Assembly (NCBI RefSeq): GCF_014280195.1
Contig: NZ_CP047960.1
Coordinates: forward strand, 720,001 to 752,000
Source of the DNA: Synechococcus sp. A15-24
Lineage (GTDB): Bacteria > Cyanobacteriota > Cyanobacteriia > PCC-6307 > Cyanobiaceae
Reading direction: 5' to 3'
Length of the DNA stretch: 32,000 nt
Below the pieces are notes generated by a model. That model worked only from the letters and a program-made list of their open reading frames with translations, did no database searches and was not told the DNA's origin. The position numbers and the translations under genes were made by a program. This document shows, piece after piece, positions 1-8,660 of the stretch (the stretch's first letter is position 1; every line of letters starts with the position of its first letter).

Positions 1-1
1 T

Positions 2-1756
2 GAGCTAGAGCGCATCGAGAGTGTCATTGCCCACGAATATTTTCATAACTGGAGTGGCAATCGGATCACCTGTCGCGACTGGTTTCAGCTCTCATTGAAA
101 GAAGGCCTGACGGTGTTCCGTGATCAGTCCTTCACCGCCGATCTTCATTCAGCGGCGGTGAAACGGATCGAGGATGTGGCGATGCTGCGCAACACCCAGT
201 TTCGAGAGGATGCTGGACCGACTGCTCACCCTGTGAAGCCTGCGGAATACCAGGCGATTGATAATTTCTATACAACAACGATTTATGAGAAAGGGTCGGA
301 ACTGATCCGGATGCTCCACACCCTGCTGGGAGCGGAGCGGTTCATGCGCGGGATGGCGCTCTATGTAAGCCGTTTCGATGGCACGGCGGCCACGACGGAA
401 GACTTCATTCAATCCATCGTCGATGGAGCGACGGAGGGGGGAGAGCCGCTGGGATTTGATCCAGAGCGTTTCCGTCGTTGGTATCACCAGGCCGGGACAC
501 CGGAGCTGACGGTTGAGCGCCAGTGGGACTCCAACACCGGACGCATGACCCTGCAGCTTCGGCAGGCCACGGCACCAACCCCCGGACAGGTGGACAAGCA
601 GCCGCTGGTGCTCCCGTTGGCGATGGCCCTAATCGGTCCAGAGGGGCGTCTGGGAGATGAGCAACTCGTGGTGATGGAGAACGAGACCAAAACCGTGATC
701 CTTCAGGGCGACCCTGGCCCGGTTGTTCCAGCCCTGTCACTGCTGCGCCGCTTTTCAGCGCCGTTGATCGTGCGGATGGAGGCCTCCCTGGAGGAGCGCT
801 TGCAACTGCTCGCCAATGATGACGATCCATTCATCCGCTGGGATTCCGCCCAGGGCCTGTTCCGCCAGGTGCTGATCGCCCGCGCCGAGGGGCGTGTCGA
901 TGAGCAGGTGGAAACGGCGGTGGTGGAAGCGTTGTCCCAACGCCTGGCGGCCTATGGAGGTAACCCTGATTCGGCTGCGGCGTCCGAGTTGGCAGCACTG
1001 CTGGCCTTGCCGGGGCTGCTGGAACTGGAGGCGTTGCAGACACCAGTGGATCCTCCAGCTCTGTTTGAGGCTGCTTCAGGCTGGTGCCGTGATCTCGGTC
1101 TGCGGCTGCGATCTGAGTTGATCGGGTTGCTGGAGCAGACCCGCCAGGACTGGGCGTTGACCTGGCCGGCTGGTCAGGGTGGACGTCAGCTCACGGCTGT
1201 GGCCTGGCGTTGGCTCGTGGCATCCAAGGATGCTCAGGCGTGCGCTGATGCGCTTGCCGCCGTGTCGAGTCCATCGATGACCTTGGCCCGATCGGCTCTG
1301 AGGGCTCTGCAGCCGGTGGCCGTGCCCGAACGGGACCAGGCCCTTGCTGCGTTTTATGAGCGCTGGCAAGAGAAACCGGTCATCCTCGATGCCTGGTTTG
1401 CGCTGGAGGCCTCGACGCCTCGGGCGGACGGCCTGCAGCGGGTCAATGCATTGCTGCAGCATCCCCGCTTCGATCCCCTGGCGCCCAACTCGCTGAGGGC
1501 GGTGCTGGGAGGACTCACCGCCAATGTGCCGGTATTCCATGCTCTCGATGGCTCCGGCTATCGCTTCATGGCCGAGCAGATCGCGGCTGTGGATGCCCGC
1601 AACCCCATCACAGCGTCCCGGCTGGCCAAGGTGTTTAGCCGCTGGAGGAGCTACGGGCCGGAGCGCCAGTCAGCCATGCGAGAGGCCATCGAGCAGCTGG
1701 CAGCCGGTGGCTTGTCCTCCAACACGGCTGAGGTGGTGGCGATGCTCAGGACGTAA
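2..1756 (+). CDS. pepN: Aminopeptidase N (M1 family), 5'-truncated by the window edge
   Basis: The frame from nt 2 reads ELERIESVIAHEYFHNWSGNRITCRDWFQLSLKEGLTVFRDQ. This is the HExxH plus downstream Glu gluzincin motif of M1 aminopeptidases. The frame stays open to TAA 1754-1756, and the long C-terminal helical region is typical of PepN. Confidence 0.93.
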   Translation, partial: ELERIESVIAHEYFHNWSGNRITCRDWFQLSLKEGLTVFRDQSFTADLHSAAVKRIEDVAMLRNTQFREDAGPTAHPVKPAEYQAIDNFYTTTIYEKGSELIRMLHTLLGAERFMRGMALYVSRFDGTAATTEDFIQSIVDGATEGGEPLGFDPERFRRWYHQAGTPELTVERQWDSNTGRMTLQLRQATAPTPGQVDKQPLVLPLAMALIGPEGRLGDEQLVVMENETKTVILQGDPGPVVPALSLLRRFSAPLIVRMEASLEERLQLLANDDDPFIRWDSAQGLFRQVLIARAEGRVDEQVETAVVEALSQRLAAYGGNPDSAAASELAALLALPGLLELEALQTPVDPPALFEAASGWCRDLGLRLRSELIGLLEQTRQDWALTWPAGQGGRQLTAVAWRWLVASKDAQACADALAAVSSPSMTLARSALRALQPVAVPERDQALAAFYERWQEKPVILDAWFALEASTPRADGLQRVNALLQHPRFDPLAPNSLRAVLGGLTANVPVFHALDGSGYRFMAEQIAAVDARNPITASRLAKVFSRWRSYGPERQSAMREAIEQLAAGGLSSNTAEVVAMLRT

Positions 1757-2006
1757 GCACCACCACGGCGATGGCAACGCCGATCAGCAGCGTCAACCAG
1801 AGCAATCTCTGGCGGCTGAGTGGTGGTGCACTGCGTCGTCGTTGTCGTTGGTTGGAGCGATTCCGGCTTGGGCGGCTCCCGGCAGCCAGTCCGCAGGATT
1901 GACAGATCAGCCGACCGGCCAGAGCTCGGTCAGCCCTGAAGCGGCGGCTGCCGCAGTTCTGACAGACACTGGTCACCACGCAACCAACGGCACAGGTCTT
2001 CAGCAT
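1746..2006 (-). CDS. Small zinc-ribbon, tail-anchored membrane protein (86 aa), hypothetical
   Basis: The gene is hidden inside track ORF 1746..2246. ATG (complement of 2004-2006) gives MLKTCAVGCVVTSVCQNCGSRRFRADRALAGRLICQSCG...RQRLLWLTLLIGVAIAVVVLTS. It has CxxC-x16-CxxC, an Arg-rich linker and one C-terminal TM helix. Third codon positions are mostly G/C. It fills the gap between pepN and the next gene. Confidence 0.5.
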   Translation of the reverse strand: MLKTCAVGCVVTSVCQNCGSRRFRADRALAGRLICQSCGLAAGSRPSRNRSNQRQRRRSAPPLSRQRLLWLTLLIGVAIAVVVLTS

Positions 2007-2760
2007 GACGCGGCAAAGCACTGAGAGCCAGCAACAAACGTTGCAACCCTTGTTGGAGCGCCTCACGCCGGCAGCTTCAGCCTGGAGACGTCTCGTCGTC
2101 GTGATGGGACAGCTGGGCGATTTCGATTCGATGGAGTACGCCCAAGCCTTGGTCCCCCGCCTGGCTGACCTTGAGGTCGCGCGGATTGATCTGCAGGCTT
2201 TTGCGATCGGGGATGAAGGAAGTGCTGAGCGCTTCTGTGCCTTCACCGGATTTCCGCGGCAATGCCTTGAGGTGGACAGCAGCTCAGAGCTCCATGAAGC
2301 CCTCGGCCTCTACGCCGGCTTACAGGTTCCCGGAGGACCTTGGCCCGGATTTTTGCTGATGTGTGCTGGTGTTGGCTCGCCTGGAACGCTGCAGGAGGTG
2401 CTGCGCGGTTACACCGGAGATCGTTCCGCCCCGCAAATTTTTGCGGATGAGGAGGTGGTGAAGGCCTGGCCCCTGCCGGATTTTCCTGCAGCCATGTTTG
2501 CTCGCGCCGGGGGACGTGGATTTCAGCGCCCGTTCGAACTAGCCACAAAGCGACTTCGCAACATGGGCGAGGTGCTCAGCAACTGGCGCACCTATGTGCC
2601 CTGCGACGACCACATCGCCCAGCGGGGCGGCACCTTTCTGCTGGATGAGGAGGGTGCTCTGCTGTATGAGCGATGGGAGACACATCTGCTGGGTTTCGCT
2701 GATGACATGGCAGCTCCGCTGGCCTTCCTTGAGCCGTATCTCAATGGTGATCCCAGCTAA
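2005..2760 (+). CDS. AhpC/TSA-like (peroxiredoxin-like, thioredoxin-fold) family protein
   Basis: 251-aa ORF. The motifs LVVVMGQLGDFDSMEYAQAL and GGTFLLDEEGALLYE resemble the AhpC/TSA-like family common in cyanobacteria. ATG 2005 overlaps the divergent ATG of the zinc-ribbon ORF, so in-frame TTG 2041 is an alternative start. Confidence 0.72.
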   Translation: MTRQSTESQQQTLQPLLERLTPAASAWRRLVVVMGQLGDFDSMEYAQALVPRLADLEVARIDLQAFAIGDEGSAERFCAFTGFPRQCLEVDSSSELHEALGLYAGLQVPGGPWPGFLLMCAGVGSPGTLQEVLRGYTGDRSAPQIFADEEVVKAWPLPDFPAAMFARAGGRGFQRPFELATKRLRNMGEVLSNWRTYVPCDDHIAQRGGTFLLDEEGALLYERWETHLLGFADDMAAPLAFLEPYLNGDPS

Positions 2761-2841
2761 AATCACATCCCTAGCTTGTGATGAAAGGCTTCCGGTTTCA
2801 ACGATCTTTCCCTGAGTCGTTCCGATGAGGCAATCTCGACG

Positions 2842-3459
2842 GTGGATGGCAGCATCGATGTTGACAGTTTTGATGTTGTGATCGGTGGTTCGCTAAAAGC
2901 TCGCGCAACAGAGCGTTCATTGCAAAAACGTCGGAAGAGCATTGACGTGTTCGTTGATGCTGGGTCACTGGATGATCCCTTTTATCGCTTTTTTGATTAG
3001 GGTGGTGATGAATTTGAAGACTTCAAAATCAATGTTAAAAAGAAGTATCGCTTCCACCGTCTTGATCAGGCTGAGAGTCACCCCTTTTATATCGGTGATT
3101 CGGGCTACAACAGGGCTTCAACCAGTGCTGTGAAAATCAAGGGTGATGGTGAGTTCTCGGATGACATTACTGGATCCGACGTGCTGAAATTTCAGGTGCG
3201 GAAATCGGATCGAAAAATGTTCAAAAAAGAAGGAGAGTTGTCCTTTTTCTGCACATCACATGATTCGATGATCGGGACCTTCTTGATTAATGGGCAAAAG
3301 GTTGTTCCAGCCCTTGAACCAGTTCAAGAGATGGTCGCAGAACCTGTCATTAATGAGCTAATCTCCAGCGAATTGGTGAATAACGATCCAACTGCGGTTT
3401 ATGCAGGTGGGTATTACAGGATCTCCACGGATTCACTGGATCAGCTTCCCTTGATCTGA
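2842..3459 (+). pseudogene. Cupredoxin-like ORF interrupted by an in-frame TAG (2998-3000), inside a low-GC islet
   Basis: One frame (GTG 2842 to TGA 3457-3459, 206 codons) reads ...IDVFVDAGSLDDPFYRFFD*GGDEFEDFKINVKKKYRFHRLDQAESHPFYIGDSG...ELSFFCTSHDSMIGTFLING... The stop falls inside what looks like a single domain. H-x57-C-x2-H-x2-M resembles a type-1 copper ligand set (amicyanin-like C-x2-H-x2-M). After the TAG, the first canonical start is GTG 3130 (track ORF 3130..3459). Confidence 0.45.
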
Positions 3460-3998
3460 TCCAATTCATCGGAATCTCTGCGTATGGCGAATGCTGCCAG
3501 AACGCCCCCCAGAAATCCGCCGGCGTGACCAACCCAGCTCACCCCGGCGGGTGAGACTCCGGGGATCAAGGCCAACAAGGCTGAGCCGTACAACCAGAAC
3601 GTGATTCCTCCCAGAAGAATCGGCACGATTCTGCGTTCCAGTAGACCGATCAACAGGAGATAGCCGAGCAATCCATACACCACTCCGGAGAGCCCATGGC
3701 CCGCAGCTGGCCAGAACAGGGCGATGGGGAGTTCAACCAGCACCACTCCGATCCATACGGCGATGTAGTCGCGGTTGCTCCGTGTGAGCACCAGCCAGCT
3801 CAGGGGCAGAAACACCAGAGAGTTGGACATGAGATGACCGAAGCCCGAGTGGCTGAACGGTGCGCTCAACACTCTCCACAACGGCAGGCCAGGTCCCATC
3901 GGCAGATTCCACTGGCCACCAAAAAGCAGTTGATCGATGAGTTCCTGACCCCAGGCCAGGCCGAGCAACAGCAACGGAATCAGCCAGCGGCCGCCCAT
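3441..3998 (-). CDS. Rhomboid-family intramembrane serine protease
   Basis: Internal ATG (complement of 3996-3998) gives 185 aa: MGGRWLIPLLLLGL... Rhomboid signatures are present: GHLMSNS (HxxxN), HGLSGVVYGL (GxSG catalytic Ser) and HAGGFLGG (catalytic His). There are multiple TM helices. The upstream part of track ORF 3441..4217 is non-protein-like and is ignored. Confidence 0.85.
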   Translation of the reverse strand: MGGRWLIPLLLLGLAWGQELIDQLLFGGQWNLPMGPGLPLWRVLSAPFSHSGFGHLMSNSLVFLPLSWLVLTRSNRDYIAVWIGVVLVELPIALFWPAAGHGLSGVVYGLLGYLLLIGLLERRIVPILLGGITFWLYGSALLALIPGVSPAGVSWVGHAGGFLGGVLAAFAIRRDSDELDQIKGS

Positions 3999-4045
3999 CT
4001 CCAGCAAGCAGGGATCACAATGATGGCTCCCATGGGCTGGGTTGG

Positions 4046-5578
4046 GTGAAGGACAGGGTCGATGTGGTGGTGATCGGCAGTGGTATCGGTGGTCTCTGCT
4101 GTGCGTCCCTTTGTGCGCGAGCCGGACGAGAAGTGCTGGTGCTCGAAGCCCATACCCAGCCTGGTGGTGCAGCCCATGGTTTTCAGCGTCAGGGCTATCA
4201 CTTCGAATCGGGACCATCGCTTTGGAGTGGCTTGGCCCGTTGGCCGAGCGGCAATCCTTTGGCTCAGATCCTGCGGGCCCTGGATCAGCCTCTCGAGGTG
4301 ATCCCTTACAGCAGCTGGGATGTGTTGCTGCCAGAGGGTGATTTAAGGATTCCCGTTGGAGCTGCTGGCTTTGAAGAGGTTGTTCGGGATCTGCGCGGGA
4401 CCGATGCTGTTGAGGAATGGCGACGCTTCGGTGAGGTGTTACGTCCGATCGCTGCTGCCGCCAACGCGTTGCCGTTGCTGGCGCTTCGCCCCGGAATTGA
4501 TGCCATGGCGCAGCTGCTTGAACGCGGCCCCCGCTTGCTGAAACATCTACCGTCGATGCGGCATCTTTCCGGTGCCTTTGGTCCCTTGGTGGATCGTCAT
4601 CTGAATGATGATTTTCTGCGGCACTGGGTGGATCTGCTCTGTTTCCTGATCAGCGGCATGCCGATGGGGGATACCAATGCAGCGGCTATGGCGACGCTGT
4701 TTGGGGAGTGGTTCGAACCGGAGGTCTGCCTGGACTACCCGGTGGGTGGCAGTATCGCGGTGGTCGATGCTCTGGTGCAGGGACTGCAGCGCCACGGCGG
4801 CGAGCTGCGAACGGCAGCCAGGGTCGAGCGAATCCTGATGGATGGCTCCAGAGCAGTTGGCGTTCAGCTCAGCAATGGCGAGTTGATCCACGCCGATCAG
4901 GTCGTCAGCAACGCTGACATCTGGAGCACCCTAAATCTGATGCCTGAGGACGTCGCTGTCGGTTGGCAACGGGATCGTGCTGAGACGCCAGCCTGCAATG
5001 GCTTCCTGCATCTACATCTCGGCTTTAACGCTAGTGGTTTGGACGACCTGCCGATCCACACCGTCTGGGTGGATGACTGGCAGCGGGGGATTGCAGCGGA
5101 ACGCAATGCCGTGGTGTTGTCGGTTCCATCGGTGTTGGACCCCGCGATGGCTCCGACGGGTCAGCATGTTCTGCATGGCTACACGCCAGCCAGTGAACCC
5201 TGGTCGCTGTGGGCGGACCTACCGCGGGGAAGCGAGGCCTACAAGGCGTTGAAAACGGAGCGCTGCTCTGTGTTTTGGCGTGTTCTGGAACGACGCATCC
5301 CGGACATTCGTGAGCGCTGCCACGTGGTGATGGAGGGGACGCCGCGGACCCATGGTCATTACCTCAATGTGCATCGCGGCAGCTATGGACCTGCCCTCTC
5401 TGCTGCTGAGGGGCTCTTCCCTGGCGTGACCACACCGCTTGATGGGCTCTGGCTTTGTGGTGCCAGCACCTTCCCGGGGATTGGTATTCCGCCGGTGGCC
5501 GCCAGTGGTGCCCTGGCGGCCCATGGGATTGTCGGTCGTCAGGCCCAGCGCCAGCTGCTGCAGGAGCTGGGCCTGTGA
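4046..5578 (+). CDS. NAD(P)/FAD-dependent oxidoreductase, phytoene desaturase/carotenoid isomerase (CrtI/CrtISO-like) family
   Basis: GTG start. The N-terminal Rossmann motif is DVVVIGSGIGGLCCASLCARAGREVLVLEAHTQPGGAAH. The 510-aa length and C-terminal GASTFPGIGIPPVAASG are typical of the amine-oxidase/CrtI superfamily. The exact substrate cannot be assigned. Confidence 0.85.
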   Translation: MKDRVDVVVIGSGIGGLCCASLCARAGREVLVLEAHTQPGGAAHGFQRQGYHFESGPSLWSGLARWPSGNPLAQILRALDQPLEVIPYSSWDVLLPEGDLRIPVGAAGFEEVVRDLRGTDAVEEWRRFGEVLRPIAAAANALPLLALRPGIDAMAQLLERGPRLLKHLPSMRHLSGAFGPLVDRHLNDDFLRHWVDLLCFLISGMPMGDTNAAAMATLFGEWFEPEVCLDYPVGGSIAVVDALVQGLQRHGGELRTAARVERILMDGSRAVGVQLSNGELIHADQVVSNADIWSTLNLMPEDVAVGWQRDRAETPACNGFLHLHLGFNASGLDDLPIHTVWVDDWQRGIAAERNAVVLSVPSVLDPAMAPTGQHVLHGYTPASEPWSLWADLPRGSEAYKALKTERCSVFWRVLERRIPDIRERCHVVMEGTPRTHGHYLNVHRGSYGPALSAAEGLFPGVTTPLDGLWLCGASTFPGIGIPPVAASGALAAHGIVGRQAQRQLLQELGL

Positions 5579-5584
5579 TCTCAA

Positions 5585-8326
5585 TCAGAGGCTGATCGCC
5601 GTCAGCAGGTTGTCGGGGCGGCCGTCCACCCTTGCGAAGTCGTTGTCGAAACCGATCACCAGGGTGCCGTCGGGCTTGAGGGCCAGACCTTCGGGCTTGT
5701 CGAAGCGGGGGTCAACACCGGGCAGGGAAGGCAGGTTGAGCAGTTCCACCTGATCCACCTCCACAACCTCGCCTTCGGCAAAGGCCTCAGCCACGGCAGC
5801 AGGGCTCTCCAGCAGTTCAGGGGCGTAGACCCCATCCCCAAGAAGGGATTCCCAGTCGTAGTCCAGGGTGTCCGTCGCCTCGCTCAGATCCATGCGCAGA
5901 ATCGACTTGTTGGCCGCCACAGTGTCGCCGTTGTCGCGATCGATCACCAGGAAGGCGTCGCGCTCCGGGTCGTAGACGGCATCGCCGATCTTGTCCTGGT
6001 TGCTGGGGCCGATCTGGCTGAACATGTATTCGTGCTGGGGCTCTCCGGTGACCGGATCCATGGCCAGGATCCTCCGCACTGTGGAGCTGCTGCGATCACC
6101 GCCGACGCTCATCGGGGTCTGGATGAAGGCATAGAGCAAGCCGTCGTCGCTGTTGTAGGCCAGGGCTTCAAAGCCGCGGCTGCCGCGACGCTCCAGGTAC
6201 ACCTCTGGCAGGGTGGCTTTGGTGAACTCGGCTACATCGCCCCGGCCGGGCTCGTAGCTGATTGCGCTGTAGTCGCTGCCTTCCGGCACGATTCGATGGA
6301 TCAGTTCACCACTCTCGGCGTCGAACAGAGCGACCTGGGGACGGTACTCATCGGAGACGGCGAAGATCGGGTTGCCATCGTTCAGCCCATCAATGCTGAT
6401 GCGCTGGATGGATTCGGGATCCAGACCGAACGCATCCGGTGCCACGGGGACGTATCCGCCGTTGCCATCGGTGGTGAAGGCGGCGTTGCTGGAATCGAGG
6501 CCGCTGATCTCACCGGTCTCTTCGTTGATGGTGTACATCTGAGCGATGCCGGTGGCATCACGGAAGCCGCCGTCGCCGTCGGGAACCCGCAAGGTGGTGG
6601 TGTCTTTGACTTTCGCCTTGCCGGGCTTGATCTTGTACGACAGCTCAGTGACCTGAAGCTTGAAATCAGGGTCGCTGAAGATCTTCTCTCCCTCGAAAGC
6701 GAAGCCCTGGCCCTCTGGAATATCAATGACCTGGGGGCCCACATCGGAGATGGTGAAGTAACGCTTCAGACCAGCGTCGTAGGTGAGGCCGGAGAGGCCG
6801 CCAGCGATGATCTGAACATCCGACTGATTGGGATCTTCCAATGCAGTGGGCAGTTCCGGCCTGCTGGTGCCGGGATAGTTGAGGACAAATTCGGCGGAGC
6901 TTGCTTTCAGGTCGCCGAAGCGGTCGGTAACCACAGACAGCATGTTGTCGGGGCGGCCATCGACCCGTTGGAAGTCGTTGTCGAAGCCGAACACCAAGCT
7001 GCCGTCTTGCTTGAGAGCCAATCCTTCGGGCTTGTCAAACAGGGTGTTGATGCCCTGCTCCGCCAGGTTGAACAGGGTGGTCTGGTGCACCTCGGAAATG
7101 ATGCCGTTCATCAGTGGTGAGCGCAGGGCTTCACCCACCTCTTCCGGGGTATCAAGCATCTCGGGGGCATAGACACCCTCTCCGAGGATCGATTCCCAGT
7201 TGAAGCCGAGCACGTCGCTGGCCCGGGTCAGGTCCATCTCGATCACCGCCTTGTTGGCGGTTTCATCCGCCACATTGTCGCGATCGATCACATAGAAGAC
7301 GTTACGGTCGGCGTCGTAGACCGCATCGCCGATCTTGTCCTGATTTGTGGGGCCGGATTGGCGATAGATGTATTCGTGCTTGGCCTCACCGGTAATCGGG
7401 TCCATGGCGATGATGCGTCGCACAGTGGAAGCCTTGCGCTCGCCATTCACATCCATCGGCGTCTGGATGAAGGCATAGAGCAGGCCGTTGTTGCTGTTGT
7501 AAGCCAGGGCTTCGAAGCCGCGGCTGCCGCGGCGTTCCAGGTAAACCTTGGGAAGAGTCTTTTTGGTGAATTCCTTCACATCGCCACGCCCTTCCTCGTA
7601 GCCGTAGCCCTTGTAGCTACTGCCCTTGGGCACGATGCGATGGATCAGGTTGCCCGTTTTGGCGTCATGGATGGACATCTGGGGGCGGTATTCGTCAGAG
7701 ATGGCGAACACGGCGTTGCCGTTGTTGAGTCCATCGATGCTCAGGCGAAGCACCGCCTCTGGATCCATGCCGAAAGCGTCGGCGGGTACGGGGGCATAAC
7801 CACCCTTGCCGTCTGGGGTGAACGCGGCTGAATCCAGGCCTGAGACCTCACCGGTGGCTTCATCAATCCGGTACATCTGACCGATGCCGGTGGCGGGACG
7901 GAAGCCACCCTGCTCATCGGGGACGTTGAGGGTTACTTCACCGCTGACCTTGACCTTGCCCTTTTTCCCTTGCTGAAGTTCGTAGACCTGAAGCTTGAAA
8001 TCAGGATCGTTGAACACCTTTTCGCCTTCAAAGGCGAAGCCCTGCTCTTCAGGGATGTCCTGAGCCTGAGGCCCCACATCCGAAACGGTGAAATAACGAT
8101 TCAGATCAGCCTGGTACCAGAGGCCAGACAGGCCGCCTGCGATCAGCTGATCGTCGGGGTAGTTCGGATCGCTGAAGCGATTGGGAACCTTGCTCTTGCT
8201 GGTGCCGGGGTAGCTGAGCTTGAACGGAAAACTCTCGGTGCTGATGTCGAGGTAGTTGGATTCCGCTTTACGGCTACCAGGGACCGGACTGAACGACATC
8301 GTCAGAGCTGTTGAAAACCAACTCAA
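5585..8326 (-). CDS. Tandem double phytase-like (esterase-like activity of phytase, PF13449-type) domain protein, 913 aa
   Basis: Each half carries IAGGLSGL-Y...YFT(V/I)SDVGPQ, DPE..(L/I)..SIDGLN.GN..FA(I/V)SDEYRPQ, ERRGSRGFEALAYNS..GLLYAFIQTPM and FDKPEGLALK.DG(S/T)LV.GFDNDF. These match the conserved blocks of phytase-like beta-propeller domains. The start is TTG 8326 or ATG 8299. Neither gives a signal peptide. Confidence 0.8.
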   Translation of the reverse strand: MSWFSTALTMSFSPVPGSRKAESNYLDISTESFPFKLSYPGTSKSKVPNRFSDPNYPDDQLIAGGLSGLWYQADLNRYFTVSDVGPQAQDIPEEQGFAFEGEKVFNDPDFKLQVYELQQGKKGKVKVSGEVTLNVPDEQGGFRPATGIGQMYRIDEATGEVSGLDSAAFTPDGKGGYAPVPADAFGMDPEAVLRLSIDGLNNGNAVFAISDEYRPQMSIHDAKTGNLIHRIVPKGSSYKGYGYEEGRGDVKEFTKKTLPKVYLERRGSRGFEALAYNSNNGLLYAFIQTPMDVNGERKASTVRRIIAMDPITGEAKHEYIYRQSGPTNQDKIGDAVYDADRNVFYVIDRDNVADETANKAVIEMDLTRASDVLGFNWESILGEGVYAPEMLDTPEEVGEALRSPLMNGIISEVHQTTLFNLAEQGINTLFDKPEGLALKQDGSLVFGFDNDFQRVDGRPDNMLSVVTDRFGDLKASSAEFVLNYPGTSRPELPTALEDPNQSDVQIIAGGLSGLTYDAGLKRYFTISDVGPQVIDIPEGQGFAFEGEKIFSDPDFKLQVTELSYKIKPGKAKVKDTTTLRVPDGDGGFRDATGIAQMYTINEETGEISGLDSSNAAFTTDGNGGYVPVAPDAFGLDPESIQRISIDGLNDGNPIFAVSDEYRPQVALFDAESGELIHRIVPEGSDYSAISYEPGRGDVAEFTKATLPEVYLERRGSRGFEALAYNSDDGLLYAFIQTPMSVGGDRSSSTVRRILAMDPVTGEPQHEYMFSQIGPSNQDKIGDAVYDPERDAFLVIDRDNGDTVAANKSILRMDLSEATDTLDYDWESLLGDGVYAPELLESPAAVAEAFAEGEVVEVDQVELLNLPSLPGVDPRFDKPEGLALKPDGTLVIGFDNDFARVDGRPDNLLTAISL
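5588..6931 (-). repeat. Intragenic repeat unit 2 (C-terminal phytase-like domain, about 448 codons)
   Basis: Matching nucleotide blocks such as CGTAGACGGCATCGCCGATCTTGTCCTG at 5971 and its counterpart at 7315 give a period of 1344 nt. The protein halves are collinear over their whole length. Confidence 0.8.
6932..8275 (-). repeat. Intragenic repeat unit 1 (N-terminal phytase-like domain, about 448 codons)
   Basis: This is the counterpart of 5588..6931. By eye, roughly two thirds of residues are identical. Long near-identical DNA stretches occur around GGTCTGGATGAAGGCATAGAGCA and GCCAGGGCTTC.AAGCCGCGGCTGCCGCG. Confidence 0.8.
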
Positions 8327-8447
8327 ATTGCAAAAGAAATCGCATCAGAGACGTCGCGCGGAACACTTCTGGAAGTATCAACGAAGACATGATTGGTGTT
8401 CAGCTGCTCGTGAGCCCTCGCGTCATAGTCTTCGTTCAAAGGCACGG

Positions 8448-8660
8448 ATGGCCATGAACAGCAGCGCCCGTATCGACTCCCTGCAACTGATGCTCACGGA
8501 TCTGCGCATGCGCAATGAGCCGATCCGCCACAAGGCTGCTTTCCGTGGCTGTCAACCCGAATTCCAGGCCCTGGTGAGTCGTCTGATCGATCAGCTGGAA
8601 CGGGAGCTGCTGGAGGAGAAGCAGCGCTCCCGCGAAGAATCCCGGTCCGCGGCGGTCTAA
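8448..8660 (+). CDS. Small hypothetical protein (70 aa), predicted helical/coiled-coil
   Basis: Internal ATG 8448 of track ORF 8256..8660 gives MAMNSSARIDSLQLMLTDLRMRNEPIRHKAAFRGCQPEFQALVSRLIDQLERELLEEKQRSREESRSAAV. The upstream part of the track ORF overlaps the phytase-like gene start and looks non-coding. I recognise no family. Confidence 0.4.
   Translation: MAMNSSARIDSLQLMLTDLRMRNEPIRHKAAFRGCQPEFQALVSRLIDQLERELLEEKQRSREESRSAAV

Noticed and set aside
6032-7120. 362-aa plus-strand ORF (with further ORFs at 7358..7831 and 7970..8314) inside the phytase-like gene
   Set aside because: These ORFs are antisense to a gene with strong domain signatures. The products are Gly/Ala/Val/Asp low-complexity sequences with no motifs. 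This is the typical shadow ORF of a high-GC coding region.
8327-8447. Search for a Pho box (tandem PyTTAAPyPy(T/A) repeats) or an NtcA site upstream of the phytase-like gene
   Set aside because: There is no TTAA-containing direct repeat in the 121-nt divergent region. The only NtcA-like element is GTA-N8-GAC (8375-8388), which misses the TAC half-site. This is not enough to call regulation.
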